64,000 nt of DNA from an uncultured Alphaproteobacteria bacterium (GTDB taxonomy: Bacteria > Pseudomonadota > Alphaproteobacteria > Caulobacterales > Aquidulcibacteraceae), in NCBI GenBank assembly GCA_902826035.1, contig CADEDG010000001.1, positions 38,305 to 102,304 of the forward strand. Direction: 5' to 3'. A program made the translations under genes and the position numbers. Below, one piece after another: positions 28,393-37,583 of this stretch (positions within the stretch are counted from its first letter, which is position 1; each line of letters begins with the position of its first letter). The notes under the pieces are model-generated. The model searched no databases, was not told where the DNA came from, and saw nothing but the letters and a program-made list of their open reading frames with translations.

Positions 28393-30765
28393 GTGCCAGC
28401 TTCACCGGACGATCTGTGGCGAGATGGCTATGGCGTGATCCGCCACCGGCCGGAAACCGTCGAGAGAATAGAAAATCTCGTCGCGCGGCACTGGACGGAG
28501 GGCGCGCTCGCCGATCGAAACGCGGCGCTCGCCCTGTGCGCCGCCGCCGATCGCCTCGCCAACGCCGCGATGTGGGTCGTGGCGCACATGAGCTATGCCA
28601 CCCGTGTCGATGTGAGCGGCGCCGAACTCCCGGCTGAGGTGTTCAAGGGCCAACCCGAGGGACACGTGGGCGGCTCGCTCAACGCCGCGATCGCCTTTGT
28701 CGGCTATCATCTGGCCAATGCGCTGAGCGGAAAGACGCGCGCCTGGATCTTAGGGCAGGGCCATTGCGTGGCCGCGATCGAAGCGGTCAACGCGCTCTTG
28801 GAGGATGTCTCTCCCGCTCAACAGGGGCGGTACGGGCGCAGCGAAGCTGGCCTCTCGCGGCTCGCGGCCGACTTCTATTCCTATGCGTTGACGTCAGATG
28901 GGCGCCCAGCGGCGCCGCTCGGCAGTCACGTCAATCCGCACACTGCAGGCGGCGTCTCCGAAGGCGGTTATCTGGGTTTTGCCGAAACCCAATACGTTCA
29001 CATGCCTTTGCCGGGTGAGCGCTTGGTCGCGTTCTTGAGCGACGGGGCGTTCGAAGAACAGCGTGGCTCCGACTGGTCGCCGCGTTGGTGGCGCGCCGAA
29101 GACAGCGGCTTTGTTGTGCCCGTCATGATCCTCAATGGCAGGCGCATCGAGCAGCGCACCGAAATCGGCCAGGAGGGGGGCGCGGAGTGGCTCGCTCAGC
29201 ATCTGCGGTTAAGCGGTTTTGATCCCATCATCATCGACGGTCACGATCCGCTTGCCTACGCCTGGGCCATCATCGAAGCCGAATCTGCGCTCACGCATTT
29301 CACGTCCATGTCGGAGCGGGCTTATCCAGCGCGGCTTCCCTATGTGATCGCGCGCTGCGTCAAGGGCTATGGCTTTCCGGGGGCGGGCACAAATCGCGCG
29401 CACAATTTGCCGCTTGCCGGAAATCCGCGCGCCGACGCCCAGGCGCGACGGCAATTCAATGAAGGCGCACGCGCGCTCTTTGTGCCGAAAGTCGAACTCG
29501 ATGCGGCGGCGCAGGCGTTTGCTGTGCACGATGCGCAAGAGCGGCCGCGCGAAAGCCGCCATCCACTGGCAATGAGGTCTATCCCGTCGCCGGTCTTGCC
29601 TGAGCCGGCTTGGGCGCCCGAGGGGGGCGCAAGCTGCGCCATGGAGGCGCTCGACGCACTTTTTGTTGAGATCGTCAAAGCCAATCCGAATCTACGCGTG
29701 CGCGTTGGCAACCCAGACGAGTTGAAAAGCAATCATATGGGCGCAACGCTCGACTTGTTGCGCCACCGCGTAAATGCGCCCGAACCGGGCGCGCCGGAAG
29801 CCGTGGACGGCGCCGTCATTACTGCGCTCAATGAGGAAGCGGTCATTGGTGCGGCGCTCGGCAACAAAGGCGGGCTCAATCTCGCGGTGAGCTACGAAGC
29901 CTTCGCCATGAAAATGCTGGGGGCGCTGCGCCAAGACATCATCTTTGCCCGCCGCCAGCGCGAGATCGGCGCGCCGCCGCGTTGGCTGTCGGTGGCGCTC
30001 ATCGCTACGTCACACACCTGGGAAAACGCTAAGAACGAACAATCGCACCAGGATCCGACCTTGCCCGAGGCGCTGCTGGGTGAAATGGCGGATACCGCGC
30101 GCGTGCTTTTTCCGATCGACGCCAATTCCGCGGCGGCCGCACTTCGCAGTGTCTATGCCTCGCACGGTCAGATCGCCTGTCTCATTACGCCCAAACGCGC
30201 TGTGGCTCGCCTCCTCAGCGGGGCGCGCGCCGAACAAGCCGTGGCTGACGGCGCAGCGCATCTCCTGGGCGACCCCAGAGAGGCTGACCTCCAGTTCGTC
30301 GCGATTGGCGCCTATCAAACAGCGGAAGCCCTACGTGCGAGCGAACGCTTAATGGCGCGTGGCCGTTCAGCATGCGTCACCGCGCTTGTGGAGCCCGCCC
30401 GCTTTCGCGCCGGGCGCGACGACATCGAAACGGCCTATGCCGCGAGTGAGGCGCAGCGCAGACATTTCTTCCCGGACGAGACGCCGCGCGTTTTTCTCAC
30501 CCATACTCGCCCTGAGCCTATGCTTGGGGCTTTGCGCCGGCTCGGCGCCGGACCTTCGCGCACGAGCGCGCTTGGCTTCATCAATCGGGGCGGCACACTC
30601 GACGTATTCGGTATGCTGTTCGCCAATCGCTCAACCTGGGCGCATGCGCTTGAGGCCGCAGCTCGCATCCTCGGCTGTGGTCGCGAGGAGTTTTTGTCGG
30701 AGGTCGAAATGACCGCACTCGACGGGCGCGGCGACCCCAGTGTTCTGCGCGCTCCGTCTCAATAG
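28393..30765 (+). CDS. Divergent phosphoketolase (Xfp-like, ThDP-dependent)
   Basis: 790 aa; GQGHC, SHVNPHTAG, GGYLG, SDGAFE..LNG ThDP motif, KGYG..HNLP, NPDELKSN and NEQSHQDP. Confidence 0.82.
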   Translation: MPASPDDLWRDGYGVIRHRPETVERIENLVARHWTEGALADRNAALALCAAADRLANAAMWVVAHMSYATRVDVSGAELPAEVFKGQPEGHVGGSLNAAIAFVGYHLANALSGKTRAWILGQGHCVAAIEAVNALLEDVSPAQQGRYGRSEAGLSRLAADFYSYALTSDGRPAAPLGSHVNPHTAGGVSEGGYLGFAETQYVHMPLPGERLVAFLSDGAFEEQRGSDWSPRWWRAEDSGFVVPVMILNGRRIEQRTEIGQEGGAEWLAQHLRLSGFDPIIIDGHDPLAYAWAIIEAESALTHFTSMSERAYPARLPYVIARCVKGYGFPGAGTNRAHNLPLAGNPRADAQARRQFNEGARALFVPKVELDAAAQAFAVHDAQERPRESRHPLAMRSIPSPVLPEPAWAPEGGASCAMEALDALFVEIVKANPNLRVRVGNPDELKSNHMGATLDLLRHRVNAPEPGAPEAVDGAVITALNEEAVIGAALGNKGGLNLAVSYEAFAMKMLGALRQDIIFARRQREIGAPPRWLSVALIATSHTWENAKNEQSHQDPTLPEALLGEMADTARVLFPIDANSAAAALRSVYASHGQIACLITPKRAVARLLSGARAEQAVADGAAHLLGDPREADLQFVAIGAYQTAEALRASERLMARGRSACVTALVEPARFRAGRDDIETAYAASEAQRRHFFPDETPRVFLTHTRPEPMLGALRRLGAGPSRTSALGFINRGGTLDVFGMLFANRSTWAHALEAAARILGCGREEFLSEVEMTALDGRGDPSVLRAPSQ

Positions 30766-30780
30766 AAAGAAGCCAACGAC

Positions 30781-32145
30781 ATGACTTTGACTTTAACGAG
30801 CCTTGGCGCTGCTGGGACTGTCACCGGTTCAAAGCACCTCATGGAGGCGGATGGCCGGCGCGTTCTGGTGGACTGCGGCATGTTCCAGGGGCTCAAGGTC
30901 CTGCGCGAGCGCAATTGGGCGCCGCTGGCGATCCCGCCGGATTCGATCGACGCGGTGGTGCTGACGCATGCGCACTTGGACCACAGCGGCTATCTCCCGA
31001 AGCTCGTGCGCGACGGCTTTAGGGGCCCCGTCTATTGCTCCTCCGCGACGGCCGATCTCTGCGACATCCTGTTGAAGGATAGCGCCAGAATAGCCGAGAA
31101 CGACGCCGAATACGCCAACCGTAGAGGCCACACAAAGCATAAGCCCGCGCTTCCACTTTACACCGTGCGCGACGCTGAGGCCGCATTGAAGCAGCTGAAG
31201 GCGATCGCCTTCGAGACGGAAACAAGCGTTGAAGGCGGCGCCAAGATGCAGCTGCGCCGTGCAGGCCACATCCTCGGCGCCGCGACGGTCGAATTCAATT
31301 GGCAAGGGCGCGGAATCGTATTTTCCGGCGATTTGGGACGTTATGATGACGTGTTCATGCCTGATCCCGCCCCGGTGAACGCGGCCGATTATGTGGTCGT
31401 TGAATCGACCTATGGCGACCGCATCCATCCCAAAAACGATCCGATGGAAGCCTTGGGCGCGGTCGTGGAGCGGACGGTGCGCCGCGGCGGCACCGTCGTT
31501 ATTCCCGCGTTCGCGGTCGGGCGCACCCAGGTGCTGCTCTATCATCTGTGGATGCTGAAGCGCGCGGGACGCATCAAGTCCGTGCCGATCTTTCTCGACA
31601 GTCCGATGGCGATCAATGCGACCGAACTCCTATGCGGCCATTTAGACGACCATCGCTTTTCAGCCGAGACCTGCGAGCAATCCTGCGCCATCGCCACCTA
31701 TGTGCGCGATGTCGAAGACTCAAAGGCCATTGTGTCAAATCCGATGCCCAAGATCGTCATTGCAGGCAGCGGCATGGCGACCGGCGGGCGCGTCTTGCAC
31801 CACATCAAGGCGTTCGGGCCCGAGGCCAAGAATACGATCCTGTTTGCCGGCTATCAGGCCGTCGGCACGCGAGGCGCCCGTCTGCTTGCTGGTGAAACCG
31901 AGATCAAGATGTTTGGCCAATGGATTCCGATCCGGGCTGAAATCGCCAACCTGCCTGAACTCTCAGCCCACGCCGACGCCGGCGAGATCATCCGCTGGCT
32001 GAGCGGCTTTGAAAAGCCGCCGCGCCGCACCTTCATAGTGCACGGCGAGCCGGACGCTTCCGATGCGCTGCGCGTGCGCATCGAGCGCGAACTCGGCTGG
32101 GACGCGGCGGTTGTCGATGATCAGCGCAGGTATGAACTCGCATGA
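30781..32145 (+). CDS. MBL-fold beta-CASP ribonuclease-like protein
   Basis: GAAGTVTGS, THAHLDHSG, AGHILG, VESTYG, SAHAD and VHGE. Confidence 0.92.
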   Translation: MTLTLTSLGAAGTVTGSKHLMEADGRRVLVDCGMFQGLKVLRERNWAPLAIPPDSIDAVVLTHAHLDHSGYLPKLVRDGFRGPVYCSSATADLCDILLKDSARIAENDAEYANRRGHTKHKPALPLYTVRDAEAALKQLKAIAFETETSVEGGAKMQLRRAGHILGAATVEFNWQGRGIVFSGDLGRYDDVFMPDPAPVNAADYVVVESTYGDRIHPKNDPMEALGAVVERTVRRGGTVVIPAFAVGRTQVLLYHLWMLKRAGRIKSVPIFLDSPMAINATELLCGHLDDHRFSAETCEQSCAIATYVRDVEDSKAIVSNPMPKIVIAGSGMATGGRVLHHIKAFGPEAKNTILFAGYQAVGTRGARLLAGETEIKMFGQWIPIRAEIANLPELSAHADAGEIIRWLSGFEKPPRRTFIVHGEPDASDALRVRIERELGWDAAVVDDQRRYELA

Positions 32146-33671
32146 GCGCCGCGCCAACGACCAGGGAGGGCGAACACGCTTCGCATCTTGTGGCCAAGCG
32201 CCTCAAGCTTCTCTCGCAAGACGACGCGATCGTTCTGATGCGCACCGATTGTCACGTCTGCAAGTCCGAAGGGCTGTCCGCGCGCGCTCGCGTGCTCTTG
32301 ACCGCTGGTGATCGGCGCGTGATCGCAACGCTCTACCAGGTCGAGAACGATTGGCTGACTGTCGATGAAGCAGGGTTGTCCGAGGCGGCGTGGAAACGCC
32401 TGGCCGTAGCCGATGGTGAACACATAGCCGTCAGTCATGCGCCGCCGCTTGACTCGCTTGCTGACGTGCGACGGCGCATGTATGGCGGCCGCCTCGATCA
32501 GCGCGCGTTCCGCTCTATCATCGGCGACATCGCCGGTGGTCGCTATGTCGACATTCATCTCGCCACGTTTATCGCGGCGTGCTCGGCCTTTCCGCTCGAT
32601 CTCGATGAAATCACCTCGCTCACGCGCGCCATGGTCGAAGTGGGCGAGCGTCTCTCCTGGCCTTCGGTGATGGTGGTCGACAAACATTGCGTGGGCGGCC
32701 TTCCTGGCAATCGCACCACGCCAATCGTGGTCGCTATCGTCGCGAGCTTGGGGCTCCTCATGCCCAAGACTTCTTCGCGCGCGATCACCTCGCCGTCGGG
32801 CACGGCCGACACAATGGAGACGTTGGCGCCCGTCGATCTCGATATTGCCGCCATGCGCCGCGTCGTCGAGGCCGAAGGCGGCTGCATCGCCTGGGGCGGC
32901 GCCGTGCGCCTCTCGCCAGCCGATGACGTGCTCATCCGCATCGAGCGCGCGCTTGATATCGACACCGAAGGTCAGCTCATCGCCTCGGTCCTGTCCAAAA
33001 AAATCGCCGCGGGCGCCAGTCACGTCGTGCTCGATCTGCCTGTGGGGCTCACAGCGAAGATCCGTACGCAGGAGGCGGCGCGCGATCTGAGCGCGCACAT
33101 GACCGCCGTCGCCGAGGCGTTTGGTCTTAAGACACGCTTTGTATTGAGCGATGGCGCGCAGCCCGTTGGACGCGGCATCGGGCCGGCGCTCGAAGCCAAC
33201 GACGTGCTCGCCGTGCTTGTCGGCGCTGCCGATGCGCCAACAGACTTGCGCGAGCGGGCGCTCGCGATCGCGGGCGCGGTGCTTGAGCTTTCAGGAACGG
33301 CGCCCAACGGACAAGGGTATGAGTTGGCGCGCGCTGCGCTCGACGACGGGCGCGCTTGGGCGAAGTTTCAAGCCATCTGCGAAGCGCAGGGCGGCATGCG
33401 CACGCCTCCGAGCGCGCCGCTCACGCGCCCATGGGCGGCGGCCCGTTCGGGCATTCTCACCAACATCAACAATCGCAAGATCTCCCGCCTCGCTAAGCTC
33501 GCGGGCGCGCCCGACGATCCCGCCGCCGGAATTGTGTTGCATGTGCGGTTAGGTGACGGCGTCGTCGCCGGAGCCCCGCTTGTGACCGTGCACGCCCAAG
33601 CACCTGGGCAACTCGCCTATGCGCTCGACTATGCGGCGGCCAACCCAGACATATTCGAAATCGAGGCTTGA
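32142..33671 (+). CDS. AMP/thymidine phosphorylase family protein (long, archaeal AMP-phosphorylase-like form)
   Basis: N-terminal CHVC domain; DKHCVGGLPGNRTT, KTSSRAITSPSGTAD and SKKIAAG. Confidence 0.9.
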   Translation: MSAAPTTREGEHASHLVAKRLKLLSQDDAIVLMRTDCHVCKSEGLSARARVLLTAGDRRVIATLYQVENDWLTVDEAGLSEAAWKRLAVADGEHIAVSHAPPLDSLADVRRRMYGGRLDQRAFRSIIGDIAGGRYVDIHLATFIAACSAFPLDLDEITSLTRAMVEVGERLSWPSVMVVDKHCVGGLPGNRTTPIVVAIVASLGLLMPKTSSRAITSPSGTADTMETLAPVDLDIAAMRRVVEAEGGCIAWGGAVRLSPADDVLIRIERALDIDTEGQLIASVLSKKIAAGASHVVLDLPVGLTAKIRTQEAARDLSAHMTAVAEAFGLKTRFVLSDGAQPVGRGIGPALEANDVLAVLVGAADAPTDLRERALAIAGAVLELSGTAPNGQGYELARAALDDGRAWAKFQAICEAQGGMRTPPSAPLTRPWAAARSGILTNINNRKISRLAKLAGAPDDPAAGIVLHVRLGDGVVAGAPLVTVHAQAPGQLAYALDYAAANPDIFEIEA

Positions 33672-34540
33672 ACGTGACGCGCCTTTACCTCCCCATGCCC
33701 GGAAACGAGACCATCGCCCGTGCGCTTGCTCTCTCGGCCGGCGCCGAACTCGGCGCGATCGAGACGCGCCGCTTTCCCGATGGCGAAGCCTATGTTCGGC
33801 TTCTCTCGGCGGTCGAGGGCCGCGAGGTTGAGATTGTCTGCACGCTAGCGCGGCCGGACGAGCAGTTTCTGAGCCTTATCTTCGCCGCCGAAACTGCGCG
33901 CGAGATGGGCGCGGCGCGCGTCAATCTCATCGCGCCTTATTTAGCCTACATGCGCCAGGACAAAAGGTTCAAGGACGGCGAGGCGATTTCCTCAGCGCAT
34001 TTCGCCCGCCTGCTGTCGCAATCGTTCGACGGGCTCATCACCGTCGATCCGCATCTGCATCGCCGCCGCGATTTGGGCGAAATCTTCACCATCGCCACGC
34101 GCGTAGAGCATGCAGCGCCCCTCCTTGCCGATTGGATCAAAGACAATGTGAGCGACCCCCTCGTGGTAGGCCCCGATGCGGAGAGCGAGCAGTGGGTTGC
34201 AGCGGTGGCCGGGCGGGCCGGCGCGCCGCACATCGTCTCGAACAAAACCCGCCGCGGCGACCGCGACGTGAGCATTGACCTGCCTGATCTGTCCGCTCTA
34301 CGCGGAAGGCGTGCCGTTCTTGTCGACGACATTGTCTCCTCGGGGCGCACCATGATCGAGACTGCGCGCAAGTTGGCCGCAGCTGGCATGGCCAAGCCGG
34401 TTTGTGTCGCCGTGCATGCGCTCTTTGCGGATCAATCCTACGCCGAGCTCTTGAGCCTGTGCGAGCGCGTCGTTTCGACAGACACCGTGCCGCATGCTTC
34501 GAACGCCATTAGCGTAGCGGCGCTGCTGGCGCCGGCGTGA
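33668..34540 (+). CDS. prs: Ribose-phosphate pyrophosphokinase family protein
   Basis: RFPDGEAYVR, PYLAYMRQD, VGPDAES and LVDDIVSSGRT. Confidence 0.92.
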   Translation: MNVTRLYLPMPGNETIARALALSAGAELGAIETRRFPDGEAYVRLLSAVEGREVEIVCTLARPDEQFLSLIFAAETAREMGAARVNLIAPYLAYMRQDKRFKDGEAISSAHFARLLSQSFDGLITVDPHLHRRRDLGEIFTIATRVEHAAPLLADWIKDNVSDPLVVGPDAESEQWVAAVAGRAGAPHIVSNKTRRGDRDVSIDLPDLSALRGRRAVLVDDIVSSGRTMIETARKLAAAGMAKPVCVAVHALFADQSYAELLSLCERVVSTDTVPHASNAISVAALLAPA

Positions 34541-34579
34541 CCGGCGTCTCACAGTTTACTTGGACGCAACGTCTCGAAC

Positions 34580-35233
34580 TCACACGGGCAGCGCGGCGGC
34601 CAGCGCCGCGCCAATTGCCGCCACGATGAGGACGCCGCTCAGAATAAGGAGGAAACCGTCGCGGGCAAAAAGCCCAAGGCCCAGCACGGTGATGGCAAGA
34701 CCCGGGATCAGCGGCGCCAAAGGAATTAAGCTCAACGGAAAGGTCGCGATCGCCGCGAGCGCGCACAAGAGCCCCGCTGCGTTCGCGAACGGCGTCTCGG
34801 ACAGAAAGACAAGACGGGGCTGAAGCACACGGTCGAGCCGACGCGCCCACTTGCGCAAGCCGTCACTGGTCGCCGCTTTAATGGACGATCGAGCGATGCG
34901 CAGGCGCAAGAGCATGCCTGGCAGCCAAAGATGCGATGACCCGAAGGCCAGTTGTAGAGACACCGCCAGCGTCACCAGCGCCGCAGCGGAAGTCATGCCT
35001 GGCAATATGGTGGCCGGAGAGATGGAAAATAGTCCGAGCACCAGGAGCAATGGGCCATAGGAGCGCCGGCCGATCACCGCCATTATGTCGGCAACGCTCA
35101 CGCTTGTCGGTTTGCCAATGCTGGCGTCCTCGGCAAGCACTGCGATGCTCTCGACGAGATGCGAGAATGAGTGAGGCCTGCACGCAAGCCTTGGCGCACA
35201 CACGCCGCTTGTCGTCTCAGCGCACATGAGCAC
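34580..35233 (-). CDS. exoD: ExoD-family membrane protein (start uncertain)
   Basis: GRRSYGPLLL, HLWLP, PLSLIPLAPLIPG and RDG. Confidence 0.82.
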   Translation of the reverse strand: MLMCAETTSGVCAPRLACRPHSFSHLVESIAVLAEDASIGKPTSVSVADIMAVIGRRSYGPLLLVLGLFSISPATILPGMTSAAALVTLAVSLQLAFGSSHLWLPGMLLRLRIARSSIKAATSDGLRKWARRLDRVLQPRLVFLSETPFANAAGLLCALAAIATFPLSLIPLAPLIPGLAITVLGLGLFARDGFLLILSGVLIVAAIGAALAAALPV

Positions 35234-35267
35234 GCGTCCGCTGTCGCATGGAGCTCACCCGCAGGCG

Positions 35268-35558
35268 TCAGTTCGGCTGCGGCGTCTCGCCATGTTGATG
35301 CGGGTCGGAGGCAACTGGCGGGCATTCCGCTGGCGCCGGATCGGCGTGCTGATGCTCGCCCTGCGCTTGTCCGGAGGGCGCAGGCGCTGGCGCATGTTCG
35401 CTTTGCTGGGCGCCTGGACAGTTCGCTTGACCATGCTCTCCCGACATGGCGCTCATCATGCCATCGTGATGGGCGCCATGCATGCCATGGCCCATGCCGG
35501 CGCAGCCGCCGAGGCTAAGCGCCAGAGCCAGCACCGGTCCTGAACTCAATATATGCAT
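35268..35558 (-). CDS. Small His/Met-rich lipoprotein
   Basis: GGAG RBS; lipobox LGGC; AGMGHGMHGAHHDGMM; HQH motifs. Confidence 0.72.
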   Translation of the reverse strand: MHILSSGPVLALALSLGGCAGMGHGMHGAHHDGMMSAMSGEHGQANCPGAQQSEHAPAPAPSGQAQGEHQHADPAPAECPPVASDPHQHGETPQPN

Positions 35559-35841
35559 GCCCGTCATCTCCCTTGGCGCGATGTTGATCCTGATTATACG
35601 CACGCCGCCCTAGCGGCCCCGGCGCAGTCGAACGTGGCCCACAGGTTCTCACGGTTTCGTGCCGCAGCCGTAGGCTTCTTTGGAGGCTTCGTGTTGCGCC
35701 GTTGACTGGGCGAAAAGCGGGCGGATCGCTGGCAGGGAAGGATTGGTCCAACGCTTCGTTGATCCTTTCTTCGCGCCTCGACTTGTGGCCACAGCGATTG
35801 CCATCAAGCATGTGCGCCGCGTCTGTGATGTGATTTGTCAT
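35515..35841 (-). CDS. Small protein with INEALDQSFPASDPP motif (C-terminal extent doubtful)
   Basis: The DEAL-x-x-SFPASDP motif marks a widespread small-protein family; GAAGG RBS. The tail overlaps a promoter and the next gene. Confidence 0.55.
   Translation of the reverse strand: MTNHITDAAHMLDGNRCGHKSRREERINEALDQSFPASDPPAFRPVNGATRSLQRSLRLRHETVRTCGPRSTAPGPLGRRAYNQDQHRAKGDDGHAYIEFRTGAGSGA
35596..35619 (-). promoter_or_regulatory. Putative ECF promoter of the 35558 lipoprotein
   Basis: Minus strand (G)GGGCCGCTAGGGCGGCGTGCGTAT. Confidence 0.7.
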
Positions 35842-35962
35842 GCCCGTCATCCTTCGCGTGCTGCAGGAGAGCGCCGCGTGACGCGCGAGGCCGATGAGAC
35901 CGGGCGCAGGCGAGCCTGGGGTGCAGTTGGATCTTGGCGCCCGCTCGTCCTCGCCACCGCAC

Positions 35963-36226
35963 TCATCGCGAGCGCCGCCACAAAGGATAAACGCCCAAGA
36001 GGAGCGCTGCGACTATCAGCAACGGCAACACCACCAGCAGATGCACGCCGTGTTCGACGATGGCGTAGTGAGCAAGCGCGCCGAGCAATGCGAAAATCAA
36101 GAGCGCGACGAGGAGATAGCGCACAAACCAAAATGCTGCTGACGTAAAAAAGAGCATGAACCAGGAGGTTTGAGAGCCTGCTCCGCCTTTTCGAGGTTCG
36201 TTGTGACGAGGCGCCCGCAATGACAC
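35963..36226 (-). CDS. Small membrane protein resembling DUF2933 but lacking its His tail
   Basis: GGAG RBS and GTG start; YAIVEHGVHLLVVLPLL resembles YVIAEHGAHLLAAWPLL of 48064..48339. Confidence 0.55.
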   Translation of the reverse strand: MSLRAPRHNEPRKGGAGSQTSWFMLFFTSAAFWFVRYLLVALLIFALLGALAHYAIVEHGVHLLVVLPLLIVAALLLGVYPLWRRSR

Positions 36227-36304
36227 TTGTCGTCAACTCCTAGCCCCGGCGGCGAGCCCATAACGCGCTGATCGGCCGGGGACGAAGCGCGGACCCACCA
36301 AGCT

Positions 36305-36328
36305 ATACGCGTGAGGCTCGACGATCCC
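36305..36328 (-). promoter_or_regulatory. Putative ECF promoter upstream of 36226
   Basis: Minus strand (G)GGGATCGTCGAGCCTCACGCGTAT. Confidence 0.7.
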
Positions 36329-36474
36329 CGGAGCTGACGTTTGAACCGAAGACGGGCGTTCGCTAGCCATTCTCTTTCGCCGGTGCGGCGAGGCCTGGCT
36401 CGGCGCGAGTTGTCGGGCGAGAAGACTACGAGCGCCGCGATCTCGCTTGTAGTGCATCGATTGGTTCAGCGAGG

Positions 36475-37230
36475 TTAGCTCCGTCGCTCGCCCAAGAAGG
36501 CGAGCAGGAATTGGAAAAGATTGATGAAGTCGAGATAGAGGCTGAGCGCGCCGTAAGAGGTGGCCGCGCCCAAGGCGGCCGCATCGCCGCCAAGCTGATA
36601 ATAGGCGTTCTTGAGCCGTTGGGTGTCATAGGCGATGAGGCCAGCGAAGATGAGGACGCCTGCAGCGCTGACGACGAACGAAAAGCCGGGCGGATTCCAG
36701 AACATCTGGACGAAAGTTGCGATGATCAGTCCAACGAGGCCGACAAGCAGGAAGCTCCCGAAGCCCGACATGTCCATCCGCGTGGTGTAGCCGAAGAGGG
36801 AGAGCGCGCCGAACGCCGCGGCGGCGATAAGAAAAGTCGAGACCAGCGAAGCGCCGGTATAGACAAGTCCGAGCACCCCCAAGGATGCTCCAATGAGAGC
36901 GGCAACCGTCCAGTATATGAAGCTCGCGCCGCGCGCGTTTGGACGGCGCATGACGAACATGGCGCCCACGAGCACGACAAGCGGGGCGAACACGACAGCG
37001 AGGCCAAGTGGGGTGTAACCGGCGAAGGCGCCTTCCGGCGAGACCCGAAATAGGAGGTCGCGCACAGGCGCGATCATGCTTGTTGCGTAAGCAAGCGCTC
37101 CCGACAGCGTAAGGCCAAGCGCTACTTTATTATAGACGCCCAGCATGAAGCGGCGCAGCCCAAGGTCGACCGACATGTCGGCGCGGCCTGCTGGCGCAAC
37201 AATGATGCGCTCGTCGTGGGAGTGTGACAT
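36475..37230 (-). CDS. Bax inhibitor-1/YccA family membrane protein
   Basis: GLRRFMLGVYN, IFAGLIAYDTQRLK and ALSLYLDFINLFQFLL. Confidence 0.93.
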   Translation of the reverse strand: MSHSHDERIIVAPAGRADMSVDLGLRRFMLGVYNKVALGLTLSGALAYATSMIAPVRDLLFRVSPEGAFAGYTPLGLAVVFAPLVVLVGAMFVMRRPNARGASFIYWTVAALIGASLGVLGLVYTGASLVSTFLIAAAAFGALSLFGYTTRMDMSGFGSFLLVGLVGLIIATFVQMFWNPPGFSFVVSAAGVLIFAGLIAYDTQRLKNAYYQLGGDAAALGAATSYGALSLYLDFINLFQFLLAFLGERRS

Positions 37231-37286
37231 TTGGCCTGTTCCTTCTGTGCAGTCGCCTCTCAATTACGCTGGCGCGCGGGACGCCT

Positions 37287-37488
37287 TCAGCAGCCGCGCC
37301 CACCGCGATCCGAGGTTTGCCGCCTACCGATTTCTCGCCCGTGGTGTCCGCGACGGACATCTGGCGTGTCCTCGGCGCGCTGGGCGGCGTGACGGCCGTG
37401 GCGATGCCCGCCATGACTATGTCCGAACACGTAATGGGCGAAGGATGGTCAGAAGAATCCACGCCCAATTGGTGACTAGCCAAGCCAT
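37287..37488 (-). pseudogene. Frameshifted small His-rich single-pass membrane protein (DUF2933-like), absent from the ORF track
   Basis: ATG 37488 gives MAWLVTNWAWILLTI. A +1 shift near 37443 then gives FAHYVFGHSHGGHRHGRH...GGRGC with stop at 37287. Total 202 nt = 3n+1. Confidence 0.7.
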
Positions 37489-37533
37489 GACCGGCCCTTG
37501 GCGGAGCTGCGGGATTGCCGCTCTTGGATATTT

Positions 37534-37557
37534 ATACGCGGCCGCTGCGGCGATCCC
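37534..37557 (-). promoter_or_regulatory. Putative ECF promoter upstream of the frameshifted gene and BI-1
   Basis: Minus strand (A)GGGATCGCCGCAGCGGCCGCGTAT. Confidence 0.75.
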
Positions 37558-37583
37558 TGGAGCAGCTTGTTTTAGGGTAGATC

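Noticed and set aside
35847-36236. 129-aa ORF overlapping 35963..36226
   Set aside because: The alternative frame has the RBS, TM segments and similarity to the DUF2933 paralog.
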